From positions 148,921-212,920 of the forward strand of contig JAWLHY010000013.1 in NCBI GenBank assembly GCA_041690135.1: DNA of 64,000 nucleotides, written 5' to 3'. Positions 27,960 to 37,681 of the stretch are shown piece after piece; within the stretch, counting starts at the first letter, position 1, and each line of letters starts with the position of its first letter. The notes under the pieces were generated by a model. The model was not told the origin of the DNA. It saw nothing but the letters and a program-made list of their open reading frames with translations, and searched no databases. The DNA comes from Armatimonadota bacterium (lineage in GTDB: Bacteria > Armatimonadota > SYMT01). Both the position numbers and the translations under genes were made by a program.

Positions 27960-28937
27960 ATGTGGATGAATGAGGGTCAACTTCAACGGACCAGAAATAC
28001 TGCGTCCGGTCTCATCACGCTGGTGCTGGCGGCGCTTCTCGCTGTGCCGTTGACCCGTGGCGTGCTCGGTTCGGATGCGGTCCGGTCCTCTCTTGGGGTG
28101 GAAGTCCTCCGGCACGCGCGCCCGGGTGGGGACCGCAGCTATGACCACATGTTGCACAAGACGGTGGAACTGGAGCGGAAGCCCCCAGCCGCAGGGGAAC
28201 GCTTTATCTGCCTGACCGGCAGCTCGGTGATCATGCTGAACGTCGGCCTCCCCCAGATGCGGGAGGCGCTGGCGCACCACCTGCCGGGGCAGCCGGTCCG
28301 TCTGGAGAAGCTCACGGGTGGCCATGCCACCGTGCGCGACATCCGCCGGTGGCTGGAGCACCTGCCAGGCCGCAAGCCGGAGATGCTGGTGTTCGGCGTG
28401 TACTACAACACGCTGCAACCCTCGCACCGTCGTCCGGACATGCGCCTCTGGTTTCCGCCGGACAACGCCACCTATCTCCGCGCGATCTACGTCTCCGCAA
28501 CGGTGAACGTCCACACCGAATGGGACCCCGACGGCCCCGAGCCCCGTTTCACAGATGAGTGGTCGCCCAAACGCTGGCCCGCCGACTCGGACCGGCTCCT
28601 GCGTCCGTACGACCCATTTCCGAACGCGGAGACGGAAGCCCTCGCCGACTTTGCGCGCTACTGCCGGGAGGAGGGGGTCCGGTTGGTGCTGGTCCGCACG
28701 CCCATCAACCCGGCGTTCTACCCCGTCTACCGGAAGGCACGCCACTACGAAGCGTACGGCGAGGCCCTGGAAGCCACCCGCGAACACGGCGCTGAAGTCT
28801 GGAACCTGGAAACAGCCCTGGGTGAAGACCCGAAGCAGTTCCACGACCTGGTCCACGTGAACGCCACGGGTCACGAGCGGTTCAGCGCGTTACTGGCGGA
28901 GCGAATTGCGCAATACCTGCAGGGGCTGAAAAACTGA
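27960..28937 (+). CDS. SGNH-like/DltD-like membrane-anchored acyl transfer protein
   Basis: N-terminal TM; TGSS putative nucleophile motif; C-terminal DLVHVNATG (DxxH); follows the MBOAT gene. Confidence 0.7.
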   Translation: MWMNEGQLQRTRNTASGLITLVLAALLAVPLTRGVLGSDAVRSSLGVEVLRHARPGGDRSYDHMLHKTVELERKPPAAGERFICLTGSSVIMLNVGLPQMREALAHHLPGQPVRLEKLTGGHATVRDIRRWLEHLPGRKPEMLVFGVYYNTLQPSHRRPDMRLWFPPDNATYLRAIYVSATVNVHTEWDPDGPEPRFTDEWSPKRWPADSDRLLRPYDPFPNAETEALADFARYCREEGVRLVLVRTPINPAFYPVYRKARHYEAYGEALEATREHGAEVWNLETALGEDPKQFHDLVHVNATGHERFSALLAERIAQYLQGLKN

Positions 28938-28974
28938 TGGCGCCGGTTCGGTCGTCTTCTGGAAATGACCGTCC

Positions 28975-29600
28975 CGGCTTGTAGTAGCATGGCTTTAGCC
29001 CGCGTCCTCTCGCGAGCCGGGAACCGAGCCCCGCCCCGGATTCCGAACTCGCCTGCCGGTACAAGAAGGCAGTCCAACTCGTAGTAGCATGGCTTTAGCC
29101 CGCGTCCACTTGGGAGCTGGGTCCCAGAATCCCGTCCCGCATCCCGAACCCATCGGGGGCTTTGGAGGGAGTCCGGACGCCAGTTCGGGGTTCGGATTCG
29201 GTAATCGCAAAGGGTGCCGGACTACGTCCGGACTCCCACCCCGCGCTGGGAGTGGGGCTTGTTCTCTACTACTCGGCTACGAACGAGCGCCTACCACCGG
29301 ACTTCGAAGTTGGCGGCGTGCGAGAAGGCAGTCCGGACGCTACTCTGGGGTTCGGGCACGGCGGTGGCAAGTGGAACCGGGCAACGTGTTGGGGGAAGTA
29401 TCCGAACAGTTCTTGACCGCTTGGCCCGAGCCTGTTTCTCCACTCAGGTCGGCGAGCCTTGCCGGAGTGACGGCGCTTGCGCGGCCCTCATGTGGTGTAC
29501 CGTATCTGCTCCGTTACTTCCACACCCCCCTTAACGTCCAGACTCCCACCAATGCTGGGAGTGAGGTTCGTTCCCTGCTATTCCGCTACGAACGAGCCCC
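28975..29600. repeat. Cluster of REP-like repeats (left of the TPR gene)
   Basis: 27-nt GTAGTAGCATGGCTTTAGCCCGCGTCC at 28981 and 29081; multiple GGAGTCCGGAC/GTCCGGACTCCC units; duplicated GCTACGAACGAGC. Confidence 0.75.
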
Positions 29601-29642
29601 ATCCGTTACCGGGCGTGCCAGGCCCATCCGTGGAACAGAACG

Positions 29643-30761
29643 CTATCTGGCACGACGCCGGGCCTCTTCCCCATCGCATTCCACGGCATGGGATCGGGCT
29701 GCATCCGCCCCCTCCGAGTCCCCGAGCGCCTGCCGGATTTCCGCCATCTCTCGCCATCCTTCGGCTTCCGGGTGACCCGATGTACAGCCCGGTCGCAAAG
29801 GATTGTTCAGCCACCCATCGAGGAACTCATGCGCCTCGTCTACCCGATTTGTCTTCCGGAGAGCGCGGGCAAGTTCGGGCGCCACGCACCAAATTTCCCT
29901 CTGACCTAATTGCTCGTCGTAGAAGGCGAAGGCATCATCCACTCGCCCTAACCCCAGCAACGCTTCGAGCTTAAGCGCGAGAAAGTCCCCTCCGAATCGC
30001 TCCGGTAGCTTGAGCGCCGTCTCTGCGTAATGCAGCGTCTCCGTATGGAAACCGTTGTCCATCAGAATCCGGATCATTTGGGCCTCGCGGTTGCCCGGTC
30101 CCCATCCAAACCTCACCCAGAGCTTGAGCGCCTGCTTGCATTGGGAAGCGGCATCCTCGTTCGCACCCAATTCGGCCATCCAGTGGGCCAGGGTCCAGCG
30201 CTTCCAGAAGGACTCGGGTCCGATACGAAATGCTTCCACATCCATGTCGAAAAGGAGGTCGTCGGCTTCAGGAAGCCGGTGCGATGCCTCTCGGTATGCG
30301 GTGATTGCTTCTTCGTTTCGGCCACACTCTCGCAGGCAGTTACCCAGTTCCATCCAGGTATCAGGAGTTGAGGGATCAAGGAGTACCCTTCGCCGCATTA
30401 GGATGAGCAACTCTTCGGATGACTCAATCGCCTGCAGCGTTCGAGCGGGTAAAGTCTTGGTGAGGTGGGTGTATAGCTCTGGGACCTGTGGTAAACGCAG
30501 GAGAATCTCTCGCAAAGCAGCTCGGTCTGCTGTTCTGCAAGCCAGTTTCCAACGCCACCCGATTTCTCCCGGATTCAATTCCACTGCTCGTTTCCATGCC
30601 TCACATGCATCCGCCGGATTTCTGTAATGAGCGGCGATAACCGCGTGTCCCAGCGAGGAGTCAGGATGGTCGGAAAGATACCGCTCGAGCGCAGCAGCCC
30701 GCGCTTCGTACTCGTACCTGCCAAGCGGAATTGTTTGGAAGAGCACTTCCTCTTCGGTCAT
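29643..30761 (-). CDS. Tetratricopeptide repeat protein
   Basis: TPR-like units (AWKRAVELNP, TWMELGNCLRECGRNEEAITAYREA); GGAG before the ATG; visibly less GC-rich. Confidence 0.75.
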   Translation of the reverse strand: MTEEEVLFQTIPLGRYEYEARAAALERYLSDHPDSSLGHAVIAAHYRNPADACEAWKRAVELNPGEIGWRWKLACRTADRAALREILLRLPQVPELYTHLTKTLPARTLQAIESSEELLILMRRRVLLDPSTPDTWMELGNCLRECGRNEEAITAYREASHRLPEADDLLFDMDVEAFRIGPESFWKRWTLAHWMAELGANEDAASQCKQALKLWVRFGWGPGNREAQMIRILMDNGFHTETLHYAETALKLPERFGGDFLALKLEALLGLGRVDDAFAFYDEQLGQREIWCVAPELARALRKTNRVDEAHEFLDGWLNNPLRPGCTSGHPEAEGWREMAEIRQALGDSEGADAARSHAVECDGEEARRRAR

Positions 30762-30844
30762 CTCGCGTCTCCACCGGGGTGCGCTCGCAGTGCGCCCTTC
30801 CGAGGACGTGTGTACGGAAACTCTCGAGTTCCGCCAAGTTCCGT

Positions 30845-31200
30845 GGACGCCAGTCCGGCTGGTAGTAGTGCGGCTTTAGCCCGCGTCTTCTCGCGAACCA
30901 GGCGCCAAAATCCCGTCCCGGGTTCCGAACCCAACTCGGGAAGAAGTGGGAGTCCGAACGCCAGTCCGGGGTTCGAGTACGGCGGTCGCAAGGGGAACCC
31001 GACTAGCGTCGGAACTCCCATCCCGCATTGGTATCGACTGCCAACTCTGAGGTATCCACCACGCAACGTGGTGTTTGCCTGTAGTTCCAAACCCGTCTGA
31101 GCGCGAGTTGGGAGTCCGGACGATAGTCCGGGGTTCGAAGATCGGTGGTCGCGAGAGTACCGGGCTGGCACTCGGATTCCCACCTCGCGCTGAAGGTTGG
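30845..31200. repeat. Cluster of REP-like repeats (right of the TPR gene), homologous to 28975-29260
   Basis: GTAGTAGTGCGGCTTTAGCCCGCGTC at 30862; GGGAGTCCG(A/G)ACG..AGTCCGGGGTTCG near 30948 and 31110. Confidence 0.72.
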
Positions 31201-31472
31201 CGGTGAGTTCCCGGCCTAGGAACACGTGCCGGGATTGAGGCGTGACGGCTCCCATTTTGCGGCAACGTGAGCGGACCGCTGCATCGCGAAGGCCAGCCTT
31301 GCGGCGTGGACTCCGTCATGGGTCAGGATTCTACCCCGCTGACCCATGACCTGTTCAAATCCCTGGTGCCAGCCAACCACACTCCCCCACATCCTCATCA
31401 TCCCATCCGGTCCTGATCCTCCCGTCCCTTCCTTATCGTTATCTTTATCCCTATCGATGCGGTCCTTATCCA

Positions 31473-34343
31473 TCACCCGGTGCTCTGCATGGCGGCGGCG
31501 ATGCCGATGATGCTGAGGAGCAGGGCATCCCGCCAGGGGTCTTCGCGGCCAACGTCGGGGCCGCCCTCGGGGTAGAGGCGATCCCAGGTGTCGAGGAGGT
31601 AGACCTGGAGCTTGTTGAGCGGCAGGGTGGCGGGGTTACGCAGGGCGATGGTCCGCTTGACGACGCTGGTGGGCCCCAGAAGGTCCGCTTCGCCCGTGAG
31701 CCGGAGGATCCAGGAGCGAGTCAACTCCAGTTCCGCGCAGATGATGTCGTGGATCCGTTGACCGTCCGCGCCTTGCGTGGCGGCGCGGGCGGCGTACCAG
31801 GCGGTAGTCGGAACATCGGCGCGGGCGAGTTCCAGGGCGGCGTTGCGAATCACGGTGCGGAAGAACCGCCAGCGCTGGTACATCTCCCGGAGAAGCTTCT
31901 CCCCCTCCGGGTCGGCGCCGAACCGGTCCAGGGCCGTCCCCAGTCCATACCAGCCGGGGAGCATGTAGCGGGACTGCACCCAGGCGAACACCCACGGAAT
32001 GGCGCGGAGGTTGGAGACTCCCGAGATCTTCTTTCCCGGGCGGAAGACGGGGCGCGAGGCGATCGGCAGACGGCTGATATGCGCGATGGGGGTGGCGTGG
32101 GTGTAGAACTCCCAGAAGCCGGAATCGTCATACACGAGCGAGCGGTACGCCTGGCGGGATACGCCGGCCATCGTCACCATGGCTTCACGCCAGCGCTTGA
32201 GGTCGGGACGCGGGCGCGAGGGCTCTCCCGCTGCGATCAGCACTGCATTGGCGATCTGCTCCAGGTGGCGATGGGCGATCGGCTTGAGGCCGTACCGGAA
32301 CGAGATCACCTCCCCTTGCTCCGTGAAGCGGATCTGTCCGCTGAAGCTGCCGGGTGGTTGGGAAAGGATGGCCTGGTTAGCGCGGCCGCCGCCGCGGCCG
32401 ACCGTTCCGCCGCGACCGTGGAACAGGCGCAGAGTTACTCCGGCAGTGCGGCACGCCGCGGCAAGGCGGGCCTGGGCATCCTGAAGGGCCCAGTTGGCCG
32501 CCAGGTAGCCGCCATCCTTGCTGCTGTCCGAATAGCCCAGCATGATCTCCTGGAACTGGTCGCGCGCGGCCAATTGCTGGCGGTAGACCCGGTTCGTGAA
32601 GAGTTGCCGCATCAGGCCCTCGCACCGGTGGAGGTCGTCCACGGTCTCGAACAGCGGCACCACGTCCAGGTCACTCTCCATCACCGGTCCGTCGTCGGTC
32701 ATCCGCCAGCGGACCAATCCCTCCTCCTTGGCCAGCAGGAGGACTTCCAGCACGTCGCTGACCCCATGCGTCATGCTGATGATGTAGGTGGTGACGGAGT
32801 GCGGCGAGATGTAGTGCTGGGCGTGCCGGATCACCTCGAACACCTGGAACACGGCCTGAGCCTCCGGGCTGCCGACCCAGTTCCGCGGGAGAAGCGCGCG
32901 CGGGTTGGCGATCTCCCGGGTGAGGACGCGGACCTTCTCTTCCTCGGAAAGCTCACTGTAGCGCTGCCCCGTCGGCAGGATCCGGGAGGTGGCCATCATC
33001 TCGTCCAGCACCGGTGCATGCTCGTCGCTGTGCTGGCGCACGTCGAGCGCGGCGAGGCGGAAGCCGAAGGTCCACACCTGCACGGCCAGGTGCGCCAGGG
33101 GGCCTTCGTCGGCCAGGGCGGCAGCGTGACCGGCACGCAGGCTCCGTTGAATCACGTGCAGGTCTTCCAGCAGTTCGCCGGAGAGCGTGTAGGCGGGCAA
33201 CTGGGCGGCAAAGGAGGGGCCTTCCGCTCGGAAGTCCGAGAGGCCCTGGAGATGGTCCAGGGTCGCCTGCAAGCGCGCTTCAATGAACAGGAGCTTGAGT
33301 GAATACGGCTCCGATTGGAACCGGGGCCGGGGTGCTATCGCCAGGGGGACGGTCTCGCGGTCCTTTTCCAGCGACTGGAGCAGCTCCTCGCTGGGCGGCA
33401 CGAGGCGGCAGCTCTGGGTGAGCAGCCGCTGAAGGGCCTGCACCCGCTCCAGGTAGTAGCGCAGGACCAGCTCCTTGTGGGTCAGCAGGGTGCGCCAGGT
33501 AACATCGGGGGTCACGTTCGGGTTGCCGTCCCGATCGCCGCCGACCCAGGAGCGGTACTGGATGAACGGCGGAATCCGGAAGCTATGCTCCGGATACGCG
33601 GTGGCCAATGCCTCGCGCAGGTCATCGTGCAGCCACGGGACCACGTCCAAAATTGTCTGCTCGAAAAAGTAGAGGGCATTGCGGACTTCGTCCTCGACGG
33701 TGATCCGTGAGGCACGCAGCTCGTCCGTCTGCCACAACGCCGTCAGGGTTCCCCGCAGGCCTCGCTCCACGGCGCCGCCCGGGTTCAGCGGACGGTCGAG
33801 GCGGGGCAATTCGGAGGGGATGGAGCGCTCCATCAGCCAGCCCGCGATGGAATACAGCTTGTTCAACACGGCTCGTCGGCGGGCTTCCGTGGGATGCGCG
33901 GTGAGCGTGGGACAGATCTTGATCTGCTCCAGCAACTCCTGCACCCGCTCGGCCCCTACCCCGGCATCCCGCAGGCGGCACACGGCCTCGGCGATCGAGT
34001 CCGGCCGTCGTCCCGCGGAGTCCTGGGCCGCCCGGCAGCGGTTGACCCGGATGATCTCCTTCTGCTCGGCGGTATTGAGGAGCTGGAACAGGACCGTGTA
34101 GGCCCGCAGCAGTCGCTGGACACGCACCGGGTCGGTGAGCTCGGGGATGCGCTCCGCCAGCGAGCGCGGATCTCCTTCGTCCTGATAGATCCGGCGTGCC
34201 ACGGCCAGGAGTTCGGGATCGCCCTGCTCGGCCAGAACCTCTCCCATCATCCGGTCGAGCAGGCGGATGTCCTCCGAAAGGGGTTCGGACAGCCCCTGCG
34301 GATCGAGGCCGAGTAGCGAAGTTTCCATTGCGCGTTCTGTCAT
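31473..34343 (-). CDS. ppc: Phosphoenolpyruvate carboxylase
   Basis: LTAHPTEA, SWVGGDRDGNP, QEIMLGYSDSSKDGG, FHGRGGTVGRGG, LRAIPWVF, C-terminal IAAAMQSTG. Confidence 0.97.
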   Translation of the reverse strand: MTERAMETSLLGLDPQGLSEPLSEDIRLLDRMMGEVLAEQGDPELLAVARRIYQDEGDPRSLAERIPELTDPVRVQRLLRAYTVLFQLLNTAEQKEIIRVNRCRAAQDSAGRRPDSIAEAVCRLRDAGVGAERVQELLEQIKICPTLTAHPTEARRRAVLNKLYSIAGWLMERSIPSELPRLDRPLNPGGAVERGLRGTLTALWQTDELRASRITVEDEVRNALYFFEQTILDVVPWLHDDLREALATAYPEHSFRIPPFIQYRSWVGGDRDGNPNVTPDVTWRTLLTHKELVLRYYLERVQALQRLLTQSCRLVPPSEELLQSLEKDRETVPLAIAPRPRFQSEPYSLKLLFIEARLQATLDHLQGLSDFRAEGPSFAAQLPAYTLSGELLEDLHVIQRSLRAGHAAALADEGPLAHLAVQVWTFGFRLAALDVRQHSDEHAPVLDEMMATSRILPTGQRYSELSEEEKVRVLTREIANPRALLPRNWVGSPEAQAVFQVFEVIRHAQHYISPHSVTTYIISMTHGVSDVLEVLLLAKEEGLVRWRMTDDGPVMESDLDVVPLFETVDDLHRCEGLMRQLFTNRVYRQQLAARDQFQEIMLGYSDSSKDGGYLAANWALQDAQARLAAACRTAGVTLRLFHGRGGTVGRGGGRANQAILSQPPGSFSGQIRFTEQGEVISFRYGLKPIAHRHLEQIANAVLIAAGEPSRPRPDLKRWREAMVTMAGVSRQAYRSLVYDDSGFWEFYTHATPIAHISRLPIASRPVFRPGKKISGVSNLRAIPWVFAWVQSRYMLPGWYGLGTALDRFGADPEGEKLLREMYQRWRFFRTVIRNAALELARADVPTTAWYAARAATQGADGQRIHDIICAELELTRSWILRLTGEADLLGPTSVVKRTIALRNPATLPLNKLQVYLLDTWDRLYPEGGPDVGREDPWRDALLLSIIGIAAAMQSTG

Positions 34344-34538
34344 CACCGTGCGTTCTCCCGACCGGCATGGCGTCCGGTCCATGAAAGGATAGCCGCTCTC
34401 CCACCGTTGGAGTAGTGCCGCCTTTACGGGTTCGCCACACGAACGATCGGCCCAACCGTAAGCAGTCGAGTTTGGCTCTCACCTGCCTGGGTAGATAGCC
34501 TCCGTCAGGGTAAATCAATAACCCTCGGAGGAAGGACC

Positions 34539-35291
34539 GTGGAGAAAACATACAACAGCAACCCGGGCGACCTGTCCGGAAGCACGGGCACGACCGCCGG
34601 CTACGGGTCGGTCGGGCCAGGGGGAATGTCCCAGACCGGTTCGACGGTGGATCAGGCCAAAGATAAAGCGCACGAAGCAGCTGAGCAGGGCCGCCGCAAG
34701 GCGAGCGAAATGATGGGCCAGGCCCGGCAGCAGATCAAGAGCACGGCCGACAGCCAGATCGATCGCGCCGCGGAGACGCTGGGCAGCACGGCGGAAGCCC
34801 TGCGCCAGGCCAGCGACCAGATGCGCCAGCAGGAGCATGACCGCATCGCGAAGTTCGCGGATGGCGCCGCCGGGCTGGTGGACGACGTTACCACCTACCT
34901 GCGGGACCACGATATCGACCAGATTATGGGCGACGTGGAAAACGCGGCGCGCCGCAACCCGGCAGCGTTCCTGGGTACGGCCTTTGCCCTCGGCTTCATG
35001 GCGACTCGCTTCTTGAAAGCCAGTGGAACTTCCGGCTACTCCGGCGGCCAGGGCGGCTACCAGGGTGGTTATCAGGGCAGTGGCAGCTACGGCTACGGCG
35101 GCTACGGTTACGGCAGCATGGCGGGGCGTGCGGACGCGGTGCCGTCCGAGTATGGTTCCGGTTATGCCGCCGTAGGAACAGCGAGTGGCGCGGTGACCGC
35201 CTACCCTCCCACCGTCGATGCCACGAACACTACTGGCGAGACGCTGGAGATGGATGAGACCGAGGAAGTGACCGGTACCTACCGGAGATGA
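34539..35291 (+). CDS. Stress/LEA-like membrane-anchored protein (ElaB/YqjD-like helix plus Gly/Tyr-rich tail)
   Basis: Ala/Gln/Asp helical repeats, ARRNPAAFLGTAFALGF, GYQGG repeats; GGAGG RBS. Confidence 0.7.
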   Translation: MEKTYNSNPGDLSGSTGTTAGYGSVGPGGMSQTGSTVDQAKDKAHEAAEQGRRKASEMMGQARQQIKSTADSQIDRAAETLGSTAEALRQASDQMRQQEHDRIAKFADGAAGLVDDVTTYLRDHDIDQIMGDVENAARRNPAAFLGTAFALGFMATRFLKASGTSGYSGGQGGYQGGYQGSGSYGYGGYGYGSMAGRADAVPSEYGSGYAAVGTASGAVTAYPPTVDATNTTGETLEMDETEEVTGTYRR

Positions 35292-35301
35292 GGGCCGAGC
35301 T

Positions 35302-35712
35302 ATGGACTACGTAGATCAGCCGCCCAGGAACGAACGATCCCTGGGTGAGTTGTTCCGGGAACTGGGCCAGGAGTTGGCTGACCTGGTGCGGAAGGAAGCG
35401 GCCCTGGCCAAAGCCGAGATGAGCCAGAAGCTATCGCACGTCCTCAAAGACGTCGCCATGATCGCGGCGGGCGGGGCGATAGCGTATGCGGGCTTCCTGG
35501 TGCTGTGCGGCGCGGTGGTGGTGCTGCTGGTGGAGGGAGGCCTCGCCCTGTGGGCATCGGCGCTGCTCGTGGCGGTTGCCGTGGGGCTTGGTGGCGGACT
35601 GCTCATCTGGAAAGGCCTCGATTCGCTGAAGCATGAGGACATGGTCCCACGACAGACATTGGAAACTTTGAAGGAGGAAAGAAATGAGCCCAGGATACGG
35701 CGGGCGGCGTGA
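35302..35712 (+). CDS. Holin-like small membrane protein (DUF1469/Holin-X type), not prophage-associated
   Basis: ERSLGELF...LVRKEAALAKAEM, two TM helices, VPRQTLETLKE. Confidence 0.82.
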   Translation: MDYVDQPPRNERSLGELFRELGQELADLVRKEAALAKAEMSQKLSHVLKDVAMIAAGGAIAYAGFLVLCGAVVVLLVEGGLALWASALLVAVAVGLGGGLLIWKGLDSLKHEDMVPRQTLETLKEERNEPRIRRAA

Positions 35713-36859
35713 TCCCGTGGAAGATCGGGATGTGGAAATGGATTACGAAGAGGAGATCGTAGCGGTGGACGCGGCGGGAGACCCCATCCAAATCGTGGCT
35801 CGCGATCAGAGCCCGGATGCCGAGATCGCGCGGCGTCGCGCCGAGGTCGAGGAGACCCGGTGCAGTGTCACCAATACGCTGGATGAGATCAAGGACCGGC
35901 TGGACCCGCACGTGATCGCCGACCAGGCCAAGAGCGCGGCTTCCGATATCGCCGACAAAGCGAAGAGCACCGCGTCCGAGATCGCGGACAAGGCGAAGCA
36001 GACCGCGCACGATGTCACCGAGAACGCGGTTCATCGCGTGCAGGACGCCACCATCGGGCGGGCGCAGGAAGCGATGAGCGGGGCGGCTTCGACCGTTCGC
36101 CACGCGGGCAGCAGTGCGGGACACTTCATCCAGGACAATGCGATTCCGTTGGCTCTCATTGGCATCGGCCTGGGTTGGCTTTGGCAAAGCCAGCGTCGGT
36201 CGGAACACGACTACGGGCGTTATGAGGGTCGGGAATACTACGGTGGGCACACGGGTTCCTACCGCGGCGGCTCCTACGAGGGCCAGACCACCGGCCATTA
36301 CATCGGCTACCAGGGCGGGTCCGACATCCAGGGTAACTCCGGACATTGGGGCAGCACCGGCACCGCCACCGGCTATCCGGGCGGAACCGCTCAGTATGGC
36401 GGCATGCAGGGGCATACCGGTGGAATGACGGGACGCGCCCAGGAAGCTGCGGACCAGATGAAAGGCCAGGTCCAGGAGAAAGCCGGGCAGATCAAGGGCC
36501 AGGTCCAGGAGAAAGCCGGACAGGTCAAGGATCAGGTCCAGCAGAAGGCAAGCGAGGTGACTCACAGGGCTCGCGAGCAGAAGGAGCGTGCCAAGGACAC
36601 ATTCCAGCGGACCCTGCACGAGAACCCGATGGCGCTCGGTATCGGCGCGCTGGCGCTGGGGGCCGTGGTCGGCCTCCTCATTCCGGAAACCCGGAGAGAG
36701 CGGGAGATGATGGGCGAGGCGCGGGACAAGATGGTGGACAAGGTCCAGCAGAAGGCCCAGGACCTGGGCCACAAGGTCCAGTCGGTAGCCACCGAGGCGG
36801 TCCAGAGCGCCAAGGAAAGCGCTAAGGAGGAAGCCAAGAACCAGGGCCTGGCAGCCTGA
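35684..36859 (+). CDS. DUF3618-domain, LEA-like repeat protein
   Basis: EVEETR.SVTNTLDEIKDRLDP; 11-aa repeats (KGQVQEKAGQ); ENPMALG...GLLIPETRRE. Confidence 0.8.
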   Translation: MSPGYGGRRDPVEDRDVEMDYEEEIVAVDAAGDPIQIVARDQSPDAEIARRRAEVEETRCSVTNTLDEIKDRLDPHVIADQAKSAASDIADKAKSTASEIADKAKQTAHDVTENAVHRVQDATIGRAQEAMSGAASTVRHAGSSAGHFIQDNAIPLALIGIGLGWLWQSQRRSEHDYGRYEGREYYGGHTGSYRGGSYEGQTTGHYIGYQGGSDIQGNSGHWGSTGTATGYPGGTAQYGGMQGHTGGMTGRAQEAADQMKGQVQEKAGQIKGQVQEKAGQVKDQVQQKASEVTHRAREQKERAKDTFQRTLHENPMALGIGALALGAVVGLLIPETRREREMMGEARDKMVDKVQQKAQDLGHKVQSVATEAVQSAKESAKEEAKNQGLAA

Positions 36860-36976
36860 TCCGGAGGTCCATCCGGGTGTACGGTTCGGCAGGCGCTGGG
36901 TGCGGTATTGGAAGGTTGGAAGGTTGAAGGTTGAAGCCCCCACGGAGGCTAGGGGTTGAAGGTTGGATCAGGATGG

Positions 36977-37080
36977 CTGAACGCCTGAACGCCTGAACGC
37001 CTGAACGCCTGAACGCCTGAACGCCTGAACGCCTGAACGCCTGAACGCCTGAACGCCTGAACGCCTGAACACCTGAACAC
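36977..37080. repeat. 8-bp tandem repeat (CTGAACGC)x11 plus (CTGAACAC)x2
   Basis: Directly visible intergenic VNTR. Confidence 0.95.
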
Positions 37081-37093
37081 CCAACGCCCGAAC

Positions 37094-37129
37094 ACCCGCC
37101 GGGGAGAGTTATCTCCCCGGCGGGTTTTT
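37094..37129 (+). terminator. Rho-independent terminator
   Basis: 14-bp stem ACCCGCCGGGGAGA/TCTCCCCGGCGGGT, GTTA loop, T run. Confidence 0.85.
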
Positions 37130-37681
37130 GGGTCCCTGGCCCGCAAACAATCGTTTTCTTCGTGGGACGGCATTCCTGAGTGCATGTCGGTAGAATGAGA
37201 TCTGAGGGGGCCCGTTCCCCTCTCTGCCCGCGGCTAGATTCCCCGCGGGTGGACCGGAAGCCGGACGGATGATCGCTCCTCTCGTGGGCGGCGCAAGTCT
37301 ATCTTCTCCCTGGTCTTTGAGCGTGGAACGGCTCACCCGCATAACGGTGTACAGGAGCAGACGCCTTGCTGGAGTGGCTCCGAGCGGGCTTGTGTGCCGA
37401 GAGAATAGCTGGTTGCAGGCGTAAGCGCCTGCTCTACGGGGTAATACCAGCTAGAGCCCACGCCGCACAGCCCCACTAGGTCCGCGGCGTGGCATCGTGG
37501 GCGCCAGAATTGAGGACACAAGGCAGCAGGCCGGCACGCGGTTGCCGGCCGGCGGCGGCAAGTCCCTGGCAGAACGCGTGACGGCCCGCAGCAGTCCTAT
37601 GGATCCACGCGACGCAGCCAGGGGTCTGGTCCTCAACCGAATGGCCATTGGCCATTCCTGACCAGGAAAGGGGATAGTGCC

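Noticed and set aside
28981-29107. 27-nt direct repeats as a mini CRISPR
   Set aside because: Only two exact copies 100 nt apart, embedded in REP-like palindromes; the spacer is too long
29089-29775. ORFs across the REP clusters (also 30627-31319 and 58628-59235)
   Set aside because: They are translations of repeat DNA with no RBS or protein-like composition
31216-31476. Small ORF MMDKDRIDRDKDNDKE after ppc
   Set aside because: It is the translation of a degenerate GATAA(G/A/C) hexamer tract with no other coding evidence
35302-35712. Holin-like gene as evidence of a prophage
   Set aside because: No phage genes nearby; this family normally sits with DUF3618/YqjD-like stress genes
36977-37080. 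Tandem repeat as a possible CRISPR array
   Set aside because: 8-nt units without spacers; no cas genes in the window
37489-37546. Sigma54 -24/-12 promoter for prkA (TGGCATCGTGGGCGC or GGCACGCGGTTGC)
   Set aside because: The first lacks the TTGC -12 box; the second has 9-nt rather than 10-nt GG-to-GC spacing and is part of a hairpin
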